A stretch of DNA of 64,000 bases from Callorhinchus milii (lineage: Eukaryota), in assembly GCF_018977255.1 (NCBI RefSeq), contig NW_024704786.1, positions 248,001-312,000 of the forward strand, read 5' to 3'. This document shows, one piece after another, positions 34,601-52,897 of the stretch. Every line of letters starts with the position of its first letter. Positions within the stretch are counted from its first letter, which is position 1. The translations under genes were made by a program, and so were the position numbers. Below the pieces are notes generated by a model. That model did not search any database, was not told where the DNA came from, and worked only from the letters and a program-made list of their open reading frames with translations.

Positions 34601-37600
34601 GGGGTTAGACCGCTCGCCCCCCCACCCCACAGTCCCTTTAGCTCAGGGGTTAGACCCCTCCCCTCGCACCCCACAGCCACTGTAGCTCAGGGGTTAGACC
34701 CCTCGCCCCCACCCCACAGCCCCTGTAGCTCAGGGGTTAGACCCCTCCCCTCGCACCCCACAGCCACTGTAGCTCAGGGGTTAGACCCCTCGCCTCGTGA
34801 GCCAGAGGACCCGGGTTTGATTCCCGGGCGGGTCAGGTCCTTACTCCCCCCCCCCCCCCTCCACACACACACACACACACACACGCGCCTGTGTCCCCGG
34901 CGGTCAGTAGGAACCCACTTGTCAGTCGATTGGGGGATCACTTTTCGGGGGTAATAATCCCTTCAAAATAATAATAATTCGGTCACTTCAACCCCACGGC
35001 TGTTTGTGGGGACGTCGCCGGGCGATCGGCTGCCGCGTTCGCCCCCCAAAACGCACAGTCACTACACTGTACAGCGTATCCTGTGAAGCGCTTTGAGACG
35101 TCTCGAAGACGTGATCAGGCGCCGGGTCAAAGGCCAGAATTATTATTATTATTACTATTATCAGTGGGAAATCNNNNNNNNNNNNNNNNNNNNNNNNNNN
35201 NNNNNNNNNNNNNNNNNNNNNNNNNNNNNNNNNNNNNNNNNNNNNNNNNNNNNNNNNNNNNNNNNNNNNNNNNNNNNNNNNNNNNNNNNNNNNNNNNNNN
35301 NNNNNNNNNNNNNNNNNNNNNNNNNNNNNNNNNNNNNNNNNNNNNNNNNNNNNNNNNNNNNNNNNNNNNNNNNNNNNNNNNACTCCCCGTTCAACTTGCC
35401 CGAAGACCCCCACCCACAGGTGCCATTGACCGTGACTGACTTACCCGAACCCAACACAGCCCCCACCCTGGAACTCTTAAAGGGCCATCTCCCCATGTGT
35501 TCCGTCACCGTCACGGCCGAAAATGGGGCCCTTTTCTTCATCAACCCCCTCTTCCTGAAGGAACACGGCGACATCTGGTTTCAGCACAGCCCGCGGCCCC
35601 CCGAAGACCCCCGTGAGGCCCCCCGATGTCCTCAGCCGGCCGTGGAGCCCGGAGACAGCCCCCCCTGCCTCCCCCAAGAGGGGAAGCAGCTCGGGGGCTC
35701 GGAGACGGAGCAGAAGCAGGCGCCAGAGACAACGACGAGGGCAGGTGAGTGTCCCAGGCTGGACTGACACTGTCGCTGTAGCTCAGGGGTTAGACCCCTC
35801 GCCTCGCACCCCACAGCCCCTGTAGCTCAGGGGTTAGACCCCTCCCCTCGCACCCCACAGCCCCTGTAGCTCAGGGGTTAGACCCCTCGCCTCGCACCCC
35901 ACAGCCCCTGTAGCTCAGGGGTTAGACCCCTCCCCTCGCACCCCACAGCCCCTGTAGCTCAGGGGTTAGACCCCTCGCCTCGCACCCCACAGCCCCTGTA
36001 GCTCAGGGGTTAGACCCCTCGCCTCGCAAGCCAGAGGACCCGGGTTAGATTCCCGGGCGGGTCAGGTCAGGGCGAAACCTAAGGCAAGTTTAGGCAACCT
36101 GCTGTTGCCTCGGGCGTTGCTGAGCGCAAACCGGACTGTGGGGTCTGTGCTCAAACGCACGGTCACTGCACTCGAAGGTGACATCCTTGAGAAGCTCTTC
36201 GACCCGTCCTTCCCGAAGTCGCTGGATCGATCGGGAGGTTCATCCATTTCTCCTTCATTCATCTCCTTCAAGACCCTCCTCTTCAACCCGGTCTTCGGTC
36301 ACCCTCCTACCCCCACCCCTCCACTGCCCCCCACACACCCCCAACCAGCTCAGGTCCAAACCCCTGACCGTCCAGAGCCTTGGGACGTCCTCCATTTGGT
36401 TTGGGAATAATTCCCTCTCTCTCTCTCTCTGGACCTCCTTAAAAGGGGATTCATCGCTCGAGCCGGCCAGCCAGAGTGGTGGGGACCACAGCCAGGCTGC
36501 TTTAAGGAGGAAGACCTTCGTGCGCAGGGCTGCCTGGAGCTGGGGCGAGGAGGTGGAGTCCGCGGGCAAGGCGGAGGCGGCCAGGGAGGAAGCCGGGGGC
36601 AGCCACAGTTTCCCGGCCCACTACCGGGCCTCCTGGCTGGAGGGATCGTCCCACCGGGAGCGGGCGGGAACGCTGACCAAATCCCGCTCGGAGAACTCGC
36701 TCTACGCCTGCGAGGCCTCGCTGCTGCCCCCTATCTGCGAGCTGGACTCACTCTCCCTGAGCAGCGTGGAGGAAGACACCGAGCCGACGGGAGGAACTTC
36801 GGTCCACCACAGGCAGAAGCGACACTCCACGGGCCTCACGGATAAGGTCCGCTTCCGCCTCTCTGCGGTCGGCCACGTCTTCACAGGCCTCATCTCCTCC
36901 GACCGGAAGGTCCGCAACAGGATCGTGGAGCTGGCTCAGGACAGGGGCTCCTACTTTGGGAACTTGGTCCAAGGGTTCATTAGCTACACCATAGAGAAAA
37001 AGGAGCAGGACACCACAAGCACCGAGTTCCTGCTGGAGATACATCAGATGCTGACCAGCCTGGGGAACTACCTGACACAGAGCTCCGAGCTCAATTTCCT
37101 CCTGGATCTGACAGACGAGGAGGGGCTCACAGGTCAGGCCCCAAACCCGGTCGCTCACCCCAACCACTCCACACCCCCCCCACCCCCGTTTCTGCCCGTA
37201 AACCACACGGTCTCCGTACCTCACGGGGCGTCCTGTCAAGCGCCTCGAGGCGTCTGGGTCAAAGGCCAGGGTTGTTGTTGGCTGTTGTGGTCTGTTCTCA
37301 GAGGCGAGAGTGAGCCGGGCTGACATGCACACGCACACACGCACGCACACACATGCACACACGCGCTCACACAATGCGCACACGCTCACACATACGCACT
37401 CACTCTCACTCACACCCACGCACACACACGCACGCACACGCACACACGCGCTCACACACGTGCACACTCACACAGTGGGTTAAGTTGGAGCTGAGGCCCT
37501 TTGATAGTTTCTCGCGGTAACTGAGTCTGTGTGTGACAATTCCGGGGGGGGGTTTGGGGACAGGAAATGGGGTGATGTCAACGGCAGTGAAGCAGAGGAA

Positions 37601-40600
37601 ATTGACTGCGGTTTCCCTTCCTTCCCCTCTCTCTCCTTCCCTCCCCCACTTCCCCTCCCTCGCCTTCCCTCCCTCGCCTCCCTCCCTCCCTCCCCTCCCC
37701 TCCCTCCCCTCAAACCACACACACAGAAGCAGAAATTCCAATAAAAGGCCCCCAATTTCAACACCGTCCCTTGCGATGGGGCAACAGCCACAACACGTGG
37801 CACTTACGTGTTGGCTTTCACGTCGGGAGGACGTCCCCAAGTTTGCTGGACAGTCAGGGGTTTGGACCCGAGGGATCAGGAGGGGGTGGAGGGCGGGGAG
37901 GGAGGGAGGGAGGGTGGGGCAGGGGTAGGGGGGTGACCGAACCCGGGTCCTCTCACTACGGAGGTGAGCCCTCTAACCACTGAGCTACAGGAGCTGATAT
38001 AATAATAATAATATAATAATAATAACCCCGGGGTTTGACCCGGCGCCTGATCACGTCAAAGCGATTCACGGGACCCACTGTAAAGTGTAGTGACTGTGCG
38101 TTTTGTGGGCCTAATACATTATTATATAATTATTATTATTATTATTATTATCCTGAGAGGCGGAAACCGATTCGATAACCACTTACGAGAGAGAGAAGCA
38201 GACAGGTATTTGGGGAGGACAGGTTTGCAGGAGGAGAGAGCGGGGGAGTGGGGACCAGTTGGGGTAAGAGAGGGGCAGTGGGAACTGTTTGGGGTAAGAG
38301 AGGGGGAGTGAGGACTAGTTGGTAGTTCTTTCAAAGAGAGGGCAAGGACATGATGGGCCGAATGGCCTCCTTCTGTGCTGTAAGGTTCTACGACTCTATG
38401 ACAGCAGTGGGTCTATACCCCATGACGACCTCCCATTACACTGTGTGACGCTCTCTCTCTCTCTCTCTCTCTCTCCCGCTGCCGTGTTTGGCACGCACAA
38501 TACACAGTCACTACACTTTAAGCGTGTGAAGCGCTTTGAGGCGTCTCGAAGGCGCGACGAGGCGCTGGGTCAAACGTGCGGATTATTATGATTCTTATTG
38601 TAACCCTCTCCGCCCTCAGACACAGCCATAGAGCGTGCGTTACACAAGTGTGTGCTGAAGCCTTTGCGGGAGTTTATCTTCGCCCGTCTGCTGATCTTCC
38701 ACAGCAGGGATGGGACCTTGATGAAGTTGAAGGAGAACCAGGAGGTGGTTCGAGGCCAGAGTCTGGAGCAATTGGGGGTCACGGCCTGTGTCCCCGACTC
38801 TGTGGCCCTGGAGAAGATCCACAGCAAATTCCAGGCTATGTTCCTGCTCTACTCCCCCAGGAAGAAAATCACCCACCTCCTCAAGGCCTGCAAGCTCATC
38901 TATGAAGCCATGTCCGCAAACTCTGGTAGGGGTGGGACCTTCCTGATCATCATGGGGGCGGGGGAGGGGTGGGGTTTGGGGGGAGCACGGAGGGAGGGAG
39001 GAATCTCAGAGGCTCAGAGGAAGCCATTCAGCCTCTCCCCCTCTCCCCACCCGTCTGACTCTTGTCTCTATCCTTCTCCTCCCTAACCCCCCTCTTCTCC
39101 CCCTTCCGCCTCGCCTCCTCTTCCCTCCACTGACTGCATTCCCCCCTTCCCCTTGCCCCCCATCACCTCCCCCACCTCCCTCCATCCTCCCTCCCAGTTC
39201 TGGTCCCCATATTATAGCAAGGACAAGGGGATCCTGGAGAAGGGGCAGAAGAGGTTTTCGAGGATGATACCGGGGTCTAACTGCGAGGTCTTAACCGAGG
39301 TCTTTAAAACGATGAAAGGTTTTGATAGGGTAGAAGCCGTAGAGAAGATGCTTCCACTTGTGGGGGAGACCAAACCCAGGGTTAGTTGAGTAAGGAAACT
39401 TGCCCAATCTTTCGCCCAGACCTGACCCGCCCGGGAATCGAACCCGGGTCCTCTGGCTCGCGAGGGCAAGGGGTCTAACCTCCACGACTTGTCCTCATAA
39501 TTCAACCCTTTAAGCCCTGGTATCACTCGGTTTGCGGTTGTTGTTGTCGTTGCAGGGAAACCTTATGGAGCAGATGATTTCCTGCCAGTCCTGACCTACG
39601 TTCTGGCTTTCAACGATGTGAGTAATCTCTCGCTGGATGTGGAGTATATCATGGAGCTTCTGAACCCAACCGAGCTGCAAGGTGAAGGTATCTATGCTTG
39701 TCGGCCTCCCTCCCCCAACTCCCCCCTCCACGGGCTGCAGGTCATCCAGAACCAACTCTGCAGCCCGTGTCCTCTCCCCCCACCAGGCTCCCCGACCCCA
39801 TCACCCCCATCCTCGCCCCCACTAGGCTCCGTGACCCCATCACCACCCATCCTTGCCCGACTCCACTGGCTTCCCGTTCCCTCCCAGAGGATACAGTTCA
39901 AAGCCCCCCCCCCCCCTCACCGGGGGGAGGGGACCGTAGACACTGGTCGAAGAGGAAGGTCTTCAGGGGCGACCTGAAGATAGGGAAGGAAAGGTGGGTA
40001 AGAGGGAGGGAGGGAGGGAGGGAGGGAGTCTCCCAGCGCCTCATCACATCTTCGAAAGTCTCAAAGTGCTTCACAGGATACACTGTGGGGTGTTGTGACT
40101 GTTTAGTGGTTATTATTAGTAGTATTAGTATTGGATTATTATTATGACGATGATTATTATTAAGGGGTTGATTGATATTCCAGATGAAGATCTTGTGGTT
40201 GTGTTTGGTGTCTAGGGGGCTACTATTTGACCACTCTGTTCGGGGCTCTCTACCACATCAGACACTTTGAGCCGAGGACCTTGACTCGCAAGATCAGTAA
40301 CGAGGCCAAGACCTCCATCCACCAGTGGCATCGTCGGAGAACACTACACCACAGCAAGTCCAAGAGGTGTTCCGCCAAGGTCAGTGCCCGCACAGGCCCT
40401 CGAGACGCCTCGAAGCGCTTCACGGATTATACCGTCAAGTGTAGCGACTGTATACTTTGTGGGCGGCAGCCAATTGCGCCCACAAAAGCCACGGTCACGA
40501 CACTTCTCAGCCGGTCTGACCAGGTGGCTTTGAGACGTCTCGGAGGCCCGATAAGGCGTTGTGTTATCACCAACGCTGTCTCGCCTCACCCCGAGGGGTA

Positions 40601-40950
40601 TTGATCGATTATCGGCGATTGATTATTGACCGTCTCGTTGGCAGGATTTACTCTACATCTCCTTCGGGAACTCTCAGTGCGATCAGAAGGCCATCATGGT
40701 ACGAGAGAACGTGACCACAGCTGACGTACGCCAGCTTTTGGCTGAGAAGTACCAAGTCAATGACCCGAGCGGGTTCGGACTCTTTATCTCCAAAGGCCAC
40801 GGCTTTGAGCTGCTGGAGGACAGCTGCTGTCCTCAGAGGGTTAAGGCCGAGCTGCAGGCCAGCGGAGAGAGGACACTGCATTTCGTGTACTGCCCGATCG
40901 ACCAGCAGCAACTCTCGGCTGCCCCGTCCGAGATGTCGACTCAGCTGTGA
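31670..40950 (+). CDS. RINL: Ras and Rab interactor-like (RIN family; SH2-like, VPS9, RA domains)
   Basis: Exons 31670-31674 (tentative ATG), 32239-32701, 33155-33263, 33424-33496, 34014-34108, (start in N-gap)-35744, 36446-37132, 38620-38925, 39556-39687, 40216-40379, 40645-40950. Motifs LFQLIGYYCVSRDVLP, GALFFINPLF, GADDFLPVLTYVL, GEGGYYLTT. RINL is assigned from adjacency to SIRT2. AATAAA at 41188. Confidence 0.85.
34195..34800 (+). repeat. 44-bp SINE-head tandem array (largest of ~10 in the window)
   Basis: Unit CCCCTGTAGCTCAGGGGTTAGACCCCTCGCCTCGCACCCCACAG, ~14 copies running into a SINE body. Confidence 0.9.
34770..35160 (+). mobile_element. Full-length tRNA-derived SINE, dominant family (dozens of fragments in the window)
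   Basis: Head TGTAGCTCAGGGGTTAG..GGTTTGATTCCC, internal (CA)n, body CAGTAGGAACCC..TAATAATCCCTTC..GGCTGCCGCG, tail GTGAAGCGCTTTGAGACGTCTC, (TTA)n. Other copies e.g. 10810-11125(-), 21045-21385, 21935-22300, 23315-23640, 27490-27805(-), 29040-29440, 49900-50250(-). Confidence 0.85.
39195..39380 (+). mobile_element. CR1 LINE ORF2 fragment
   Basis: QFWSPYYSKDKGILEKGQKRFSRMIPG and EVFKTMKGFDRV are CR1 RT C-terminal motifs. CR1-type 3' tails (GGAGGCCATTCAGCCCCTCGAGCCTGT) at 9330-9600, 13925-14000, 47575-47700. Confidence 0.75.
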
Positions 40951-41947
40951 TGAGAGGGAGAGAGGGAGAGGGAGAGACGGACCGGGGGCTGGGAGGTGAG
41001 GGAATTCGATGGCAAGTTTCTTTACCGATTGGTTGGACGTTAATGGCAGTGAGTGGCAAGACCCACAACCCAACAGCCAATAATAGTAATAATAATAACC
41101 CCGGCGTGTGACCCGGCGCCTGATCGCGTCGGCGAGACGTCTCAAAGCGCTTCTCGCCCCTCGCCCCCAGCCCCTCGACGACTATTTAATAAACAAGATG
41201 GTTTCAACTCCCACATGGCTTCCTCTGTTCAATCTACTCCCCCTCACACACTGACACACACACACCTACCGACTCCCACACACTGACACACACACACACA
41301 CACACAGACGCATAGAATATGGGGACCAGAACTGGACAGCGTTCTCCACGTCTGGTCTGACCCAAAGCTCCACAGGGCTCTCACCTTCTAGAAATGAACC
41401 CCAACCCCTCATATTTTTTTGTGGCCTTTATTGACTGCATCGTTATTGCCGGTGATTTGTGTCTCGGTTCCCCTCAATCCCTTTGGTCCTCGACCCCCTT
41501 TAGCTCCCACTCCCCACTGCAACCAACTCTCCAACCCCGACCCTTAATGACACGCGGGGGGATCACATCAATAATAATCCCCGGTGCGTGACCCGGCCCC
41601 GATCACGTCTTCGAGACGTCTCAAAGCGCTTCACGGGACACGCTGCAAAGTGTAGTGACTGTGTGTTTTGTGGGCGAAACTCGGCAGCCAAATTGCGCCG
41701 CCCAGCGACGTCCCCACAAACAGCCGTGGGGTGAGTGAGTGACCCAATTATTATTATATTTTTTTGCGGAGGGGAAGGGATTAAAGTGAGTGACTGTGTA
41801 TTTTGTGGGAGACACAGTGGGGTGTGGGGAGGTTGGGGAGAGGGGGGGATGGGGGGGGGGTCAGTGTTCCTGATGTTTCTGGAGGAGAAAATCACAGCCT
41901 TTTTTGGGGGAAAAAAAGCTTCACAAGTTTAATGCCGGTGATTACAT

Positions 41948-49524
<7,577 letters not shown>

Positions 49525-49639
49525 CCGGGGGTGGGTGGGGGGGGAGGGGGCGGGAGGGAGGGAGGGAACCGTCGTCGTCAACAGCAACTGCAACCGCCAG
49601 ACCGCGCCGCCCCCCTCCCCCCTCCTTCCCGCCAAGGTT

Positions 49640-49850
49640 TTGCTGCGGGCCACGGCGCGTTCGGATGACGCGTCGAAGCGACGGGAAAAAAAAGCCAGCG
49701 TCGAAGATGGCGGCCGCCGTCTGCCATGATCAAAGATGGCGGCCGGCTGCCCCCGCCAGCGTCAAAGATGGCAGCCGCGGCGGGCGTTTGTTGCCAGTAT
49801 AAAAGATGGCGACCGCCGTGGTTTTGCCAATATCAAAGATGGCGACCATG
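49640..49850. promoter_or_regulatory. KPTN promoter with clustered YY1-type motifs
   Basis: AAGATGGC(G/A) at ~49704, 49733, 49765, 49803, 49836 in a CpG-rich stretch upstream of the KPTN ATG. Confidence 0.6.
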
Positions 49851-50344
49851 CACTTGCCACCAATGGACTCAGGTGGAGCGAAGGTCTCACGTGGACCTCA
49901 TTATAATAACAATAACAATAATAATCCTTGTATTTGACCCACAGCGCCTTATCACACCTTAGACACGTCACAAAGCTCTCCACAGGATGCGCTGTGTGTT
50001 TTGCGGGTGAAACTGTCGTGGATTGAAAGTGACCAAATAATTACTATTATTATTTTATTTTGAAGGGATTATTATCCCCCGGAAAAGTGATCCGCCCATC
50101 GACTAACAACTGGGGTCCGACTGACTGCCGGTAAACAGAGGCGCGCGTCTGTGTGTGTGTGGGTGAGCAAGGAAACTTGCCCAACGTTTCGCCCTGACCT
50201 GCCGGGAATTGAACCCAGGTGTCTCGCTCTAACCACTGAGATACAGGACTCCAGATATAATCGGTGGCTCACCCCACGAATGTGGGACGTCGCCGTGCGC
50301 AAACTGCAAACACTGCGAGTCCCGCCCAGCACCGACAGAGCAAT

Positions 50345-50670
50345 TAATAATAATAATAATCCTTGCATTTGATATAGCGCTTTTCACGTCGGGAGGACGT
50401 CCCAAAGCGCTTCACAGAACACACTGCAAACTGAATTGACTGTATATTTGTGGGCGAACGCGGCAGCCAATTGCGCACAGCAATGTCCCACAAACAGTCG
50501 TAAATTGAAAATGACCCAATTTATTATTATTTTTGGTTTTTGGAGGGATTATTATTAGGCTCTGTGTGGAGTAAGGAAACTTGCCCGAGGTTTCGCCCTC
50601 TGCCTGGAATTGAACTCAGGTCTCTCGCTTGCAAAGCGAGTGCTCTAACCACTGAGCTACAGGACTCCAA
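50345..50670 (-). mobile_element. tRNA-derived SINE, short subfamily
   Basis: Near-identical to 585-890. Confidence 0.85.
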
Positions 50671-50750
50671 TTAAGTCCTTAATCAAGGGATTCTGATCGC
50701 GAGTTGGAAGAGAAAGAACGGGAGACATTAAAAGATGGTCAAACATTCTT

Positions 50751-50756
50751 TTTATT
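50751..50756 (-). terminator. Probable polyadenylation signal of NAPA (~2.1 kb 3'UTR)
   Basis: AATAAA on minus strand at the end of a long, mostly unique UTR-like stretch 50700-52897. Confidence 0.5.
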
Positions 50757-52897
50757 GGGAGTACAGGCACACAGCTGTGTACAGATGATGATAATAATTC
50801 TTGCGTTCGATATGGGGCGTCATCATGTCGTTGAGACGTCTCAAAGCGCTTCACAGGATACACTGTAAAGTGTCGCGACTCTATATTTTTGCGTGCGAAA
50901 CCCGGCAGCCAATTAATTGCGCACGGCAAATGTTAAGTCACCAAAACAAAAACGGGTGGCTTTATAAATATCTCGGGATAAATGCTTTCTTTGCCAACGC
51001 GAGTTTCTACCGCAGGCAATTAGTGTTCGTAGTATTTACAGGACTCTGTAAAAAGTCAGAAACTTCCATGCCTTTGCCACTCTGTTCAACTGTACAGACA
51101 TCTGGGCTCAATGCTCTCTACGTTTTTTAGTCTAGCAAATACAGCGGGGGGTCCGAGAGAGGGGGGAAAAAAATCACATTGGCCGTAGATCCGATCGGAA
51201 ATGAAACTCGGGTTTATTTTTTTTTCAGTGGCGACGGTTTACGTCGGGACCACGGTTCTGTATCGTCGTCCCTCTCCCTACTCACTCCCTCCCTCCCTCC
51301 ACTCTCACAGAAGTCACTGGAAGTTAGGTGAAAATATTGTGGTGGAGGCGGGGGCTTGAGTTAATAGGTTGACCCCTTTTAAGACAGGTGAATCGTTGGG
51401 TTGCATGACAGGTCCAATCAGAGGTGAGAAAGGCCCCCCCACCCCAAGGAGAGGGGCAAGATGGGCCTCGTTGGGGGTTGGGGCGGCTCGGAAAACTGGC
51501 TGTGGTCCCCCTCAGGGCATCCCCCCTCCTAGCTCCCTTTAAAGGGTGATGGCAGATTGACGTCATGGTGGAGGGGTCTGGGACCACCTATGGCCAACGG
51601 TTGGGTAGCTCTGATGAAGGACAAGGTACCTGGTATCACACCTCTCTCTGTCTCTCTCCACCACTTCCACCCCCCAACTCTATGCCATGCGCCATCGCTG
51701 AGGCTATAGGTTGCAATCTACGCCTCGCGCAGGTGGAGAAAACGCCAAAAAAAAGCCGAGGCAATGTGGAAATCACCGGGGAATCACAATCTCAGCTGAT
51801 GCTGAGACCAAACCCCCTCAAGCGCCTGGGAACCCATGTTCAAGGCATCAAACAGCATCCACTGCTCTGACGAAAGCTCATCGACCTGAGACGTTAACTC
51901 ACTTCCCCTCCCCACCCCCTCTCTCTCCATAGATGCTGCCTGACCTACTGCGTGTTCCCAGCCACTTTGCTCTGTTTTCCTTCCCCCCCCACCCCATTCC
52001 TCCCCCTCCTCTCCTCCCCCCCACTCAAGCTCGCTCCTTAAATGCTTCAGCAAAAAAAAATAATAAATTTTTTTTTAAAAAATTGCTCGACAGAATGGGA
52101 AACTAACATCGACGGAAACGCAAGAGAATGATTATAATATTAAATCCTTCCGTTTTGACATCGTTCATTCAGCACGTTCGTACCTCGAATGCCGTGGCTT
52201 GCAGTGAAATGGAATAAAGGTGAAAAGGCTTTAAGGCAGAGAGAGTCACGTGTTGTGTGGCTCCGTCTCTCTCGGTGGCTTGTCTTGCTCTCTCTCTCTT
52301 TCTCCCTCCCCTCCATCAATATTTTTACAAACAATCTGGGGAGACTGGGTGGTGGGTGGGGGTGGGGGAACGGGGAAGCTGGAAGACGCTGTGGACAATA
52401 CGCTGACACCCAAAAGTTAGGGAAGCACATAAATCAGAGAGAGAGAGATAGGTAGAGAGACTTAGACGGGGGGGGAGAGAGAGAGAGAGACAGAAGATGA
52501 AGGGGCATCACAGAGACACACACCCACACACAGACAGACACACACACACACAGATAGACAGACAGAGAGGGAAAGGGAGAGAGAGAGAAAATGGAGGGGA
52601 GAGAGAGAGATAAAACTGGATTGGGGGGGGGGGGTTAAGCAAGCCAAACCTGCAGGTAAAAGGAGACAGTTTCACTGCGGATTAAAGGCGAAAAATTGAG
52701 CGAAACAATCCCATTGCTGGAATGTTCCCTCCTCCACGTTTTTCGATTTGCAGGTTTTTTTTTGCAATGAACCAGATCAATAATGTCCCCCCACTCCCCC
52801 CACTCTCTCTCTTTCGGCCCCCAAACCCACTCCCATCCCCGGTGAGGTGAAGGGAGGGGGTGGGAGGGGAAGAGGGAGACGAGGGGAGAGAGAGTCT

